The notes under the pieces: model-generated
What the model saw: only the letters and a program-made list of their open reading frames with translations
The model's database searches: none
What the model was told of the DNA's origin: nothing
Position numbers and translations under genes: made by a program
Source of the DNA: an uncultured virus (IMG/VR IMGVR_UViG_3300022555_000014)
Lineage: Duplodnaviria > Heunggongvirae > Uroviricota > Caudoviricetes
Length of the DNA: 64,000 nt
Direction: 5' to 3' (one strand)
IMG/VR virus record: IMGVR_UViG_3300022555_000014
Shown: piece by piece, positions 1-9,203 of the stretch
Layout of the letters: the number at the start of each line of letters is the position of its first letter
How positions within the stretch are numbered: position 1 is the first letter of the stretch

Positions 1-155
1 CTAAGACGTGAGCTTAGGTGAATATCTTCTAAGACGTGAGCTTAGGTGAATATCTTCTAAGACGTGAGCTTAGGTGAATATCTTCTAAGACGTGAGCTTA
101 GGTGAATATCTTCTAAGACGTGAGCTTAGGTGAATATCTTCTAAGACGTGAGCTT
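1..155. repeat. Perfect 28-bp tandem repeat (CTAAGACGTGAGCTTAGGTGAATATCTT), 5.5 copies visible, cut by the window start
   Basis: Identical units start at 1, 29, 57, 85, 113, with a partial unit at 141-155. Each has an internal inverted repeat CTAAG-N7-CTTAG. There are no spacers. Confidence 0.97.
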
Positions 156-208
156 CTGTTAAAAGAATCAATACAGTAGACATTAAAAGGATTTAAGGAG
201 TTTTCAAG

Positions 209-1699
209 ATGACTTTAGATGTGGTTACAGCTTCTGGGATAGCAGACGGATCGGTTACTAATTCTAAATTAGCAGACGGGGCTGTTAGCTTAGGTAATTT
301 AGGTAATGACGTTCTAGCTAATATCTCTAATACAGTTACTGCCTTTGCTGCCCCGCTCACCTCCCCTACTTTTTCAGGTACGCCTACTGCTCCTACCCCT
401 ACAGTTACCGATAACTCTACCAAGTTAGCAACTACTGCTTTCGTTCGTACTTATGTAGCAGCTAACGGTGGAGGCGGTTTAAGTGGCGGCGGTACAGCAC
501 CTCTTGATAGCCCGGCTTTCACTGGTAACCCAACGGCACCTACACCTTCTACCACTGATAATTCTACCTCTCTTGCTACTACGGCGTTCGTCCAAGCAGC
601 TATTGGTAACGGTACTTCAGGCCATCAGGTTTTAACATCGCCTACTTTAACCGGTACACCAACGGCACCTACACCAACAGCAACTGATAATTCTGACTTG
701 ATAGCAACTACTGCTTTCGTTGTTAACTACGTAACAGGGCACAGCGGTGGTGGGGGTGGAGGCGCTCCTCTCAATTCTCCTAATTTTACCGGGGTTCCAA
801 CAGCACCTACTCCTACAGTTACTAGCAATTCAACACAGTTAGCTACTACAGCTTTCGTCCAAGCTTTAGTAACTCCTGGTAGTGTAGTTGCCCCAACTAA
901 TTCACCTGCCTTGACTGGTACACCAACGGCCCCTACACCTACAGTTACTGATAGTTCAACTACAATTGCTACTACGGCGTTCGTGTCTAACTATGTTTCT
1001 ACCCACACAAGTGGCAATAGTGCTCCTCTCAATTCTCCTAATTTTACTGGCACACCAACAGCACCCACAGTAACTTCTACTGATAATAGCAACACCATTG
1101 CAACTACAGCATTTGTACACAGTGTTGCTTCTGGTGGTGGTGGCGGAGGTGGTACAAACTATGTTACTTACCTACGGTCGTTTAACAACGGTGCGGATTG
1201 GGGTACAGTTGACGGCAATGGTAACTACACCATCACTACCACAGCATCTACTCACGGTGTAGGTACAGACCCTATTGTTCAGGTTTACAACTATAATGGT
1301 TCCTATTATCAATTAGTGTTTACGGACGCTTTAGGTGTCTATTCCAACGGCGATGTGTTTATTGAAGTACCGTCCAATCCTGATAATAGGTTCAACGGGC
1401 GTATTTCAATTTCCGGTAGCGGTTCTAGTAATAGCACACCGTCATCTTATCTCCAGTCATTTAATAGTGGTTCAGACTGGGGTTCACTTAACGGTAACGG
1501 TAGTTATACTATTACTATTCCAGCAGGTACTCACGGTAAGGGTTCCTCACCTAAGGCTCAAGTGTTTAGCTATAATGGGTCATACTACTCTCTTACTCTA
1601 ACCGATACTCTAGGCGTTTATCCTAACGGTGATGTATTTATCACTGTTCCTGGTTCACCTAACGATGACCGCTTCGCTGGCCGTATCAGTATCTTCTAA
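209..1699 (+). CDS. Tail fibre protein (phage tail-fibre repeats plus duplicated C-terminal domain)
   Basis: AAGGAG RBS upstream. Six SPxFTGxPTAPTxxxTDNSTxxATTAFV repeats (P2 gpH-type fibre repeat) and two copies of a 'YLxSFNxGxDWG...THGxG...DxRFxGRISI' domain. Confidence 0.85.
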   Translation: MTLDVVTASGIADGSVTNSKLADGAVSLGNLGNDVLANISNTVTAFAAPLTSPTFSGTPTAPTPTVTDNSTKLATTAFVRTYVAANGGGGLSGGGTAPLDSPAFTGNPTAPTPSTTDNSTSLATTAFVQAAIGNGTSGHQVLTSPTLTGTPTAPTPTATDNSDLIATTAFVVNYVTGHSGGGGGGAPLNSPNFTGVPTAPTPTVTSNSTQLATTAFVQALVTPGSVVAPTNSPALTGTPTAPTPTVTDSSTTIATTAFVSNYVSTHTSGNSAPLNSPNFTGTPTAPTVTSTDNSNTIATTAFVHSVASGGGGGGGTNYVTYLRSFNNGADWGTVDGNGNYTITTTASTHGVGTDPIVQVYNYNGSYYQLVFTDALGVYSNGDVFIEVPSNPDNRFNGRISISGSGSSNSTPSSYLQSFNSGSDWGSLNGNGSYTITIPAGTHGKGSSPKAQVFSYNGSYYSLTLTDTLGVYPNGDVFITVPGSPNDDRFAGRISIF

Positions 1700-1781
1700 G
1701 ACGTGAGCTTAGCGAATATCTTCTAAGACGTGAGCTTAGCGAATATCTTCTAAGACGTGAGCTTAGCGAATATCTTCTAAG
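1690..1781. repeat. 27-bp tandem repeat (TATCTTCTAAGACGTGAGCTTAGCGAA), 3.4 copies, overlapping the stop codon of 209..1699
   Basis: Units at 1690, 1717, 1744 and a partial unit at 1771. Same core as the 1..155 array. Confidence 0.95.
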
Positions 1782-1839
1782 CCGTAGACTCTTCTAGAGT
1801 AACAACACTAAGGTCAATACAAGCAATAGGGGTAGTATT

Positions 1840-2571
1840 ATGTCTCAATTCGGTGACAGCTTTGATATTGGTACCTTCTATACTGATCATTTTACTGGTG
1901 ACGGTACAACTACGACGTTCAGGTTGACATATCCACCGGCAAGTCCTGACGGTATAGAAGTTTCGGTTGCTAGCGTAATTCAAGATCCTGGTCATTACGC
2001 TATAGACATTTATAATATAATTTTTAATCCTGCTCCAGCGTTTGGAACAGCTATTTGGGTTAAGCATCAAGGAATTCGTCTAGGTATTGGTGTTCCAGGT
2101 ACGGGTACTGTAGGAACCCCACAACTAGTTCCAGGTGCTGTTACTGCTGATATTTTGGCTGCTGACGCTGTTCCTCACGCTACCAATTCAATCCCTGGTC
2201 TGGTTAAGTTAGCAACTGTAGCTTCTATTTTAGCGGGGTCTGATAATACAGTTGCTATAACCCCTGCTGGATTATTGTCTGCAGCACCTTTTAACTATTC
2301 TAGCACTAGTGGTTACACCAAATTCGCTAACGGCCTAATTCTTCAGTGGGGTATTACTAATCCTATTAGTGCAGGTACCAGCCTTCCAATAATATTCCCT
2401 ATTTCCTTCCCTACTGTCTGTTACGGAATTATAGCTACGTTGAGCACTGATACCACCAATGTTAATGCTCAGGGTGCCAATGCTTATGTTAATAATGTAA
2501 GCCGAGGAACAATCAGCAATTTTGGTGCAGGTATTAGTACGCCTGCTTTTTGGATGGCTCTAGGCAGTTAA
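1840..2571 (+). CDS. Virion structural / short tail fibre protein
   Basis: N-terminal 'FTGDGTTTTF...VIQDP' structural motif, central 'GLVKLAT' fibre motif, C-terminal 'GYTKFANGLILQWG' fibre-tip domain. Confidence 0.75.
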   Translation: MSQFGDSFDIGTFYTDHFTGDGTTTTFRLTYPPASPDGIEVSVASVIQDPGHYAIDIYNIIFNPAPAFGTAIWVKHQGIRLGIGVPGTGTVGTPQLVPGAVTADILAADAVPHATNSIPGLVKLATVASILAGSDNTVAITPAGLLSAAPFNYSSTSGYTKFANGLILQWGITNPISAGTSLPIIFPISFPTVCYGIIATLSTDTTNVNAQGANAYVNNVSRGTISNFGAGISTPAFWMALGS

Positions 2572-2661
2572 CCGCCGATTACATTGGCTCTAGGTAGCTA
2601 AAGGTTAAAGTTGCTAAGAAGTTGGACTAGTTGTACTCTTGCTAAGAAGGCGGGTTACATC

Positions 2662-3039
2662 ATGACAGCCCGGTATAATTTTGTTGGGTCAGAGGCGTGC
2701 TATCAGAACGCTACATTCCAAGTTAATCTAGTTTGGAATAATGCAGAGGGAACGCCTTATGATCTAGCTAGATATTCAGCGTACATGCAGGTTAGACAAT
2801 TCCCTTCAAATACTGTAGCTCTGATTGATATTAACACAGATAATGCTAGAATTAAAGTAGATGGTTTAGGAAATATCGTAATCCTAGTCCCGAAAGAGGA
2901 AACCTCTACTTTAATAGCTGGAAAGTACACTTATGATCTAGTAATGGTGTCACTAGACGGCACCGCTACTAGATTATTAGAAGGGGATTTTGAAATACGT
3001 GCTGGGGTAACTAGGAATATACCCGTTACTATACAGTAA
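2662..3039 (+). CDS. Putative baseplate/fibre-associated beta-sandwich structural protein
   Basis: Start moved to ATG 2662 (MTARYNF). The pattern 'PYDLARYSAYMQVR...YTYDLVM...TRLLEG...GVTR' is typical of small phage structural proteins. Confidence 0.6.
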   Translation: MTARYNFVGSEACYQNATFQVNLVWNNAEGTPYDLARYSAYMQVRQFPSNTVALIDINTDNARIKVDGLGNIVILVPKEETSTLIAGKYTYDLVMVSLDGTATRLLEGDFEIRAGVTRNIPVTIQ

Positions 3040-3143
3040 AAATCTACCGTGTTATCTGTGCTTATTATCACACTATGTACAACGCAAGTTGCTATTTTGG
3101 ACCTTGTTTATACCAGCCTAAGTTTTTATGAATTTGGTAAAAT

Positions 3144-3152
3144 CTTAATTTT
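3144..3152 (+). promoter_or_regulatory. Recurrent CTTAATTTT motif, putative phage late promoter (first copy; see findings for the others)
   Basis: Exact copies at 3144, 3563, 11216, 23965, 24244, 28154, 34986, 43968, 51398 and 58626, on the + strand in or at the edge of intergenic regions. Confidence 0.65.
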
Positions 3153-3178
3153 GTTTGTAAGAGAGGGTTTAAATAGAA

Positions 3179-3520
3179 ATGACCCAACTTACAGTTAACT
3201 CAAATTATGACGTGATTAAGATAATCCGTGCAGATGTTGGTGGACTTGGTGTACTAAGTGTGTATCAACAATCTGGACGGGCGCTTGTTGAACAGCGGTC
3301 CTCTGATTTCGTTACAGTAACGAAAAATTCACATTACGTAACTCGTACAGGTAAGTGCTCACTAATTTTAACTGACACCAGTAGTGCTAATATAGTATAT
3401 CCTAGTGATCAGTTAACCTTAGTAGTTAGTGATAACCCCACCCCTACTGCTATGTTCAATTTACCTGTAAAAGTGACTAGTGTGACAAAAAAGAATACCA
3501 CATTGACTGTCTGCTCCTGA
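3179..3520 (+). CDS. Hypothetical protein
   Basis: 113-aa ORF with a GAGGG RBS and an upstream CTTAATTTT motif. No recognisable family. Confidence 0.55.
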   Translation: MTQLTVNSNYDVIKIIRADVGGLGVLSVYQQSGRALVEQRSSDFVTVTKNSHYVTRTGKCSLILTDTSSANIVYPSDQLTLVVSDNPTPTAMFNLPVKVTSVTKKNTTLTVCS

Positions 3521-3719
3521 GAAAATTTTTCTTCTAGCAAAGAGGAAAAATTTTAGTTAAATCTTAATTTTATTTGTAGGGGAAAATTTTTCCTCTCACA
3601 GATAAAAAGTTTGATAATAAGAACTACACTAAGCCTACTGCGTTTTGTTGGTAGCAGGTTACTGGTGTCAGTAGCCACCAACCGTCTTCGTTCAATCTCC
3701 TTGCAAGGAAACGAGAATT

Positions 3720-5162
3720 ATGGCTTATAAGCAGTTTTCATTAGACGGCGTGTCGTCTGCCGTTAAGTACGGTGTTGCTGGTCCGAAGGTCGTTGCAGAA
3801 ACCGCCACTAAGTTTGGCGTATGGAACGCTGCTCAGTCCGCTTATGTGGATTTCCAGTGCGCCAATATGTTTGGTAACAACCTGACCCTGTCAGGCAATT
3901 TACACGTTGAAGGCACCACCACAACCGTCGAATCAACGACTCTTACCGTTCAGGATAAGACCATTGAACTCGGCGTCATTCCTTCACCGGGCAGTGCTAC
4001 CGATAGTACAGCTGACCACGGAGGACTCTTACTCTACGGAACCACAAACAAGACCATTCTGTGGGACTCTGCAAATAACAACTGGACGTTGTCAACCAAC
4101 GTCAATATCCCCACTGGTAAGTCGTTCAAGATTAACAACGTTCCTGTAATCGATGCGACGAGCCTCGGTTCAACCGTTGTTGCTAGCTCGCTGACCTCGG
4201 TCGGTATTATCGGCACTGGTACCTGGAACGCTGATACCGTTCTCGTCGGCGTTGGTGGTACTGGTAAGACCAGCTTTAACCAGGGTGATATCGTTGTCGG
4301 CGCTGGCGCTGGCGCAACTGCTCTTAGCACCATTGCTACCGTTGCTTCTACCACTAAGCTCCTCGTTTCTGGTGGCACTTCAGCCGCTGCAAATTGGGCG
4401 TGGGTTGGTAACCTCTATGACGCACAGGGCAACCTCGTTCTTAAAGGCACGGATGCCGCTAACGCGACTTCGTTCCTCCAGGTCAACAACAACGTTGGTA
4501 ACACCGTTTCGGCTCCAGTCAGTATCGCCGCTAACGACGCCAATGTAAACGCTGACACTTGGCTTGCTATTAAGGCTCAGAATAACGGTACTATTCTGAT
4601 GCAGAGCAACGTTGACGTTTCTAACGTCAAGATCGTTGCCACTGGCGGCGGCACTGGTGCCAATATCTACCTGTCACCGAACGTTTCCAGCGGTGGCCTT
4701 ATTATGGTCCCGGCTGGTTATAATGCCAATATCGCTACGGACGGTTCGGACGCGAATGCCCTGGTAACTGCTGGTTTCGTAGCCAGTTTCGTAGCCGGGA
4801 ATTCCTCGACTAGCCGTCGAGCCGACGTAGTTGCGAGCGGTGCTGCTACCTCTAATATCAGCTCTGCTCTTCCGACTCCTGCGTCTGGTCAGGTTTATTG
4901 TGCCCGTGTAACCGTTTCAGTGCTAACTCCCTTCACTGGGGGGTCAATCGGTTCGCTCCTGATTTCTGACGGTGTCAATACGTTAATGCCTATTACTGAT
5001 ATCGATCCGAGCGTTGCTGATACTTACTTCACTGCACTTCCTTTCGCTGTTACTTCAACTGGAGCCCAGCTTAAGGTAGAGTATTATCAGGCAGACGGTA
5101 CCACTCCGGCATCCCCCACGGCGGGCGAACTTATCGCCACTATCGAATATATTATCGCCTAA
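3720..5162 (+). CDS. Virion structural / fibre protein
   Basis: The 'GNLHVEGTTTTVESTTLTVQDKTIELG...ADHGGLLLYGTTNKTILW' and 'SSLTSVG...GTWNAD...GGTG' motifs are typical of large-myovirus fibres. AAGGA RBS. Confidence 0.7.
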   Translation: MAYKQFSLDGVSSAVKYGVAGPKVVAETATKFGVWNAAQSAYVDFQCANMFGNNLTLSGNLHVEGTTTTVESTTLTVQDKTIELGVIPSPGSATDSTADHGGLLLYGTTNKTILWDSANNNWTLSTNVNIPTGKSFKINNVPVIDATSLGSTVVASSLTSVGIIGTGTWNADTVLVGVGGTGKTSFNQGDIVVGAGAGATALSTIATVASTTKLLVSGGTSAAANWAWVGNLYDAQGNLVLKGTDAANATSFLQVNNNVGNTVSAPVSIAANDANVNADTWLAIKAQNNGTILMQSNVDVSNVKIVATGGGTGANIYLSPNVSSGGLIMVPAGYNANIATDGSDANALVTAGFVASFVAGNSSTSRRADVVASGAATSNISSALPTPASGQVYCARVTVSVLTPFTGGSIGSLLISDGVNTLMPITDIDPSVADTYFTALPFAVTSTGAQLKVEYYQADGTTPASPTAGELIATIEYIIA

Positions 5163-5222
5163 TGGTTTAAACTGTGTTCAGAATTTCTGTAAAAAGTTGT
5201 ACTGAACACAGTTATCTGAGAT

Positions 5223-5265
5223 AAAAGGTGGAAGAGCTTTCAAACGAAAGCTCTTCCACCTTTTT
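5223..5265 (+). terminator. Intrinsic terminator
   Basis: AAAAGGTGGAAGAGCTTTC-AAAC-GAAAGCTCTTCCACCTTTT perfect stem followed by a T-run. Confidence 0.9.
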
Positions 5266-5305
5266 CTTTGATTCAAATTTTCTTTAGCACTAATAAAGAT
5301 TTTTC

Positions 5306-5334
5306 TTGACTTGGGTTATTGCTAATGTTACACT
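5306..5334 (+). promoter_or_regulatory. sigma70-type promoter for HNH gene 1
   Basis: TTGACT-17 nt-TACACT with an extended -10 TG, 35 nt upstream of ATG 5370. Confidence 0.7.
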
Positions 5335-6980
5335 AAGAAAGTTTAAAAATTTGGGTTAGGAGTTTTACTATGCCGTTTACTAAACCGATAATTAACAAAG
5401 AAGTTGATAACGTTAAGAAGTTAATTGAATCTCTTGAAGCTCCTGGAGGGGACAAGGTTATCCTTCACAAAGTTAAAAGTAACATCAAGAACTCGGCTAA
5501 GCGTAAAGCCAAAGGACGTAAGCTTGTTGTAACCAAGACTAAAAAGACCAAACCTGTTGTAACTGAATCCAAGCTTACTGGTTCTGAACTTTGTTTGGTG
5601 CATCCTGAATTGATGGATTCTAAGTATAATCAGGTGTTTCAGTTAGAGAAGGAAGGTAAAGTTGTAATCAGAGAGGATTTAGGTAAAGTTTTCAAGGTAC
5701 AATTCCCTAGCGGAGAATTAGTAGAACTCGGTTTAAGTGTTAATGGTAGTGGATACCGTCAATTTGAAATTGACGGAGTTCAACGTATTTTAGTTCATAG
5801 ACTACTTGCTCAAAAAGTTAATGGACCGTGCCCTAAAGGCTTAATAGTACATCATAAAACCATATTAAAACGGACAATCGCGGAGTTAATCTAGAATTTG
5901 CTACTACGTCTAAGAACGTTCAAGAATCTGCAGCTCGTCCAGAAGTTAGGGAAAATATAAGTAAGTCCAAGTTAGGATTTCGCCCACATCGCAGGTATTT
6001 AACTGACATTGAAGCCGACGAAGCTGAAGCAATGTATGCTACTGGAAAATTTACAATAAGAAGCGTTGCTGAACATTTTGGCGTTAGTGTTGATTCTATG
6101 GGTAATTTACTGAGAGGGAAAAGCTATAAAACACGCAGGTCTGATGAGAGTATTCCTACCCCTATTAAGTCTAAAACTAAAATAAAAGACTTACAAGGTA
6201 CCCCCGAACAGATAGAGATTTTTACGTTCTTTGTAAAATCTGTAAATCGTGGAGATTTAATTCTTACTGAAGACGGTCGTTGTTTTAGTAAGTCGGGTAA
6301 CTGGTTAGGTTCTCGAACTCCTACTGGCTATACTACGATTAGAGCAACCTATCAAGGTAGGACTTATAGGATATTACTACATAGGTTTATGCATTTAATT
6401 TTTATAGGAGCCATTCCTAAAGGCTGGGTAGTTGATCATAAAGACGGTAATAAATCCAACAATCACTACTTAAACCTAGAAGCCATTACTCATGGTGAAA
6501 ACACTAGACGTGCTAGGGGGTTAGGTCTTGTTGATTCAAGCAAAGATAGTTTTGCTAGAGTAGGTGAAAAGAATACTAGCAGTAAACTAACTGAGCGTGA
6601 AGTAATAGAAATAAAGATAATGTTAGCGCAAGGTTACTCTAATACAGAAATAGCCAAGAAGTTTAAAGTTGGTAGGTTTACGATTAACGCTATAGCTAAC
6701 GGTGAAACATGGTCTCATGTTGGGACTAAGCCTTCTAACTTGTGTTCCTCTTGTACTCATGTTAATGATCATGTTACAATTTACGATCAGACTTGGACTT
6801 GTTCTGACTGTGGTGAAACTCACGACTACGCTGAAAACAACAAGAAAAATACCGAGAGGTATCCAATCAAACGTATTGTGTTTGACAGGTCTATACCTGA
6901 ATACAACATTACTTTGGCTAAGTGGTTAAAAAAGGCTAAAGGTTACTCTAACCCTAAAATATCAAAAATTATCAAGTGTA

Positions 6981-7130
6981 GTCAAGCTACTCCGCGCTAA
7001 AGCGACGGAGCTTGCCCGCAGGGGGCTTTTGCCCAGGACGGCTGACACGCCCTGGTGGTTTCCTACCTAGGAGTTTGTTAACACGGTCGGGGTCTCCTGG
7101 GTTTAACCGCTTGCAGGTAGCCTTTTGCCT
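6981..7130 (-). ncRNA. Putative TnpB omegaRNA/reRNA scaffold (5' boundary uncertain)
   Basis: GC-rich right-end region overlapping the 3' end of tnpB and ending ...GCGCGGAGTAGCTTGAC, the established position of TnpB omegaRNAs. Confidence 0.6.
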
Positions 7131-8405
7131 CCAACGACCTAAATACAGGTCACGAATGTTAACCGCACCGTTAGTATCGGCGTGGGTTTCGTGACCACAC
7201 TTCTTACACTCGAAAGTCTCACCCTTACGGTTGTTCTTAGCCGTGTGACCGCACTTGGAACACCGTTGGGAAGTGTAGGCTGGGTTAACAAAGGCTAGAC
7301 GGATTCCTAACTCCTGAGCTTCCTCAGACAGAATCCTCCTAAACTTAGCGTAAGGCCAACCTGTTTTGGTGAAACTAGGGCTGTGTTTTAGGTCTTCTAA
7401 GACTAAGGTTCCAGTTGGCTTCGCTACTGATGAGAGGAGTTCATTGGCTACCTTGTAGCACAACTCTTCCCAATAACTGTCTATACGGTGGTCTAACCTC
7501 CGTAAGTGCCTTTCGAGCGAACGGGTACCCAACTGAACCTTGGTAGGCTGTTTACCTGCTTTAACTAGAATCTTATCAGTATCTTTTAGAACTAGATTGG
7601 TAGCTTCCCTTGCTTTTAGAGCGTCAGCTATTTCTTTACGACGCTTTTGAGCCTTGCGAATCAGTTTTAGTAACCTAACATCGGTATAAAGCATGCCGTT
7701 AGAATCGACGGCAAAGTTGGTACGGCCTAGATCGACTCCCAAAGCCTTCTGTTTGTTCAACTGTAGGTCTAGAATCGGTGGAATAGCTTTAACAAAAGTC
7801 AGGTGGAGGTAGAGTCTACCCTTCTTGTAGACTAGGTTAGCACCTCCGGGAGTCCAAACCATCTTAGTTTGAATCGGGTTGGTGGGATCAACCCTACCGT
7901 ACTGCTTCTTGTAAAGAGCCTGAGAATCCGAGAACTTCAGGTACTTCTTAACAGTAAACCGTTTACGGTAGTACTCGGGCATAGTGAAGCTAAACTCTTT
8001 ACGACCAGTGGTAGTTAGTAGTGAGACGGTGTTCTCTTTGAAGTCTAGAGTCATTGACCTAATGTCGTACCCTACTGGAATCAGGTCATCGAAGTGTGGC
8101 TCTTTGACTAATCTACGTTGCTCCTTGGGTAGATTGGAATCATTCTTGATCACAGCGTAAGCAGCTTTACCTGATTCGATGGCAGAGTGGTAGACACTGA
8201 CTGCTATCTGAGCAGGCAAGTTGAACTTGTCCCGTAGCTCGTAGTAGTTAGAGTCGTGGACCTGCTTCAGACCGAAGGTCTTACGCTTCCAAATCCTATG
8301 CATAGTCCAGTTACAAGCGTCCCGGTAGACTCCAAAGAAGTCTAGGATTGGGTCGTTAGTAGCCTTAACACTATAATCTAAGGCTATGATAGCAGTACGA
8401 GACAT
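6987..8405 (-). CDS. tnpB: RNA-guided endonuclease TnpB
   Basis: RuvC-I LGVDLG, RuvC-II LVLEDL, Zn ribbon TSQRCSKCGH...FECKKCGH, RuvC-III HADTNGAVNI. All three catalytic acidic residues are present. Start placed at ATG 8405 (MSRTAII); GTG 8447 is possible. Confidence 0.93.
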   Translation of the reverse strand: MSRTAIIALDYSVKATNDPILDFFGVYRDACNWTMHRIWKRKTFGLKQVHDSNYYELRDKFNLPAQIAVSVYHSAIESGKAAYAVIKNDSNLPKEQRRLVKEPHFDDLIPVGYDIRSMTLDFKENTVSLLTTTGRKEFSFTMPEYYRKRFTVKKYLKFSDSQALYKKQYGRVDPTNPIQTKMVWTPGGANLVYKKGRLYLHLTFVKAIPPILDLQLNKQKALGVDLGRTNFAVDSNGMLYTDVRLLKLIRKAQKRRKEIADALKAREATNLVLKDTDKILVKAGKQPTKVQLGTRSLERHLRRLDHRIDSYWEELCYKVANELLSSVAKPTGTLVLEDLKHSPSFTKTGWPYAKFRRILSEEAQELGIRLAFVNPAYTSQRCSKCGHTAKNNRKGETFECKKCGHETHADTNGAVNIRDLYLGRWRQKATCKRLNPGDPDRVNKLLGRKPPGRVSRPGQKPPAGKLRRFSAE

Positions 8406-9203
8406 TAGCTGTGATTTCTTAAGAGCCACGGGAAAGTTTCCTTTCACTTACCTGACTCTTAAAATTAGGTTCGAACCAAAAGTCGAAACAAGAAAAGTTT
8501 AGATTCTGGGTTTGGTTCGAATTAGTATGGAGTTGGTTAGGATTTGCTAGGAGTTTAAAGAACATGACTCTTTTGGGTTATTAGTGCCAAAGATTCTTTG
8601 GCGAGAATAGCCGAGTTGGGCAGAGGAATTCAGGGAGTCTATTTCAGAGCTTTCCTCTCCGCCCTAAAGGGCTGGAGCTTCCAGCTCGAATTTCAGTGAG
8701 AGTTCTGTTGATAAAATGCTAACGGGTGAGTGTAACTCTCATATTGGACATGTCACCTCTGATATTTGTAATGTATGTGGTACTAAGCACGAGTATTTGA
8801 TGCCCTATACCAAAGAGTTTCTATGCTCCGGTTGTGGGGCTCGTCATGTTATAACTGACAACAACGCCAAGAACGAAGTTTACTACACTATGTACAAAGA
8901 AAAGTATGGCAAACCTATCCATCCGGCCTACTATCCCAAACTCCGTCAGAAATCGTACTACACGAATCAACCTAAACTACGTCGCCAGTCTAGGTCTTCC
9001 ACCAAAAAGACGACAACTCCACTAGCCTAAATTTCTACCAATTAACTAAATAATCTAATTTTAGTTATGGTAAACTCTTTAACTAGAGTTTACCAACTTT
9101 TCTGTTTCTAATCTACCCAATAAAACTGGACGGGTTGTCATAACCCGAACTCTAGCTGCGTGCTGGAGACCTCACAAACAATTATCTAACGGGAACTTTA
9201 ACC

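Larger units (their letters stand above)
6981..8695 (-). mobile_element. IS200/IS605-family tnpB-only (IS1341-like, non-autonomous) element, 1715 bp
   Basis: Related subterminal hairpins at both ends (CTCCGCGCTAAAGCGACGGAG near 6990-7010; CTCCGCCCTAAAGGGCTGGAG near 8657-8677). No TIR or TSD. TCAC abuts the left end on the minus strand. Removal restores the host ORF. The junction has a 3-nt (AGT) ambiguity. Confidence 0.9.
5370..9030 (+). pseudogene. Disrupted double-HNH/HTH/Zn-ribbon endonuclease gene (fragments 5370..5894, 6032..7000, 8716..9030)
   Basis: A 1-nt deletion at about 5856-5860 breaks the first HNH motif; the shifted frame continues HIKTDNRGVNLEFATTSKNVQESAARPEV. The IS insertion at 6981..8695 splits the last HTH. 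The fragments are colinear with paralog 39958..42054. Confidence 0.88.

Noticed and set aside
1..155. CRISPR array (28-bp partly palindromic repeat)
   Set aside because: Units are head-to-tail with no unique spacers, and there are no cas genes in the window.
6981..8695. IStron (group I intron-tnpB hybrid) that would splice out of the HNH mRNA
   Set aside because: The element is antisense to the host gene, has only about 290 nt outside tnpB with no recognisable group I core, and the host gene is also frameshifted upstream.
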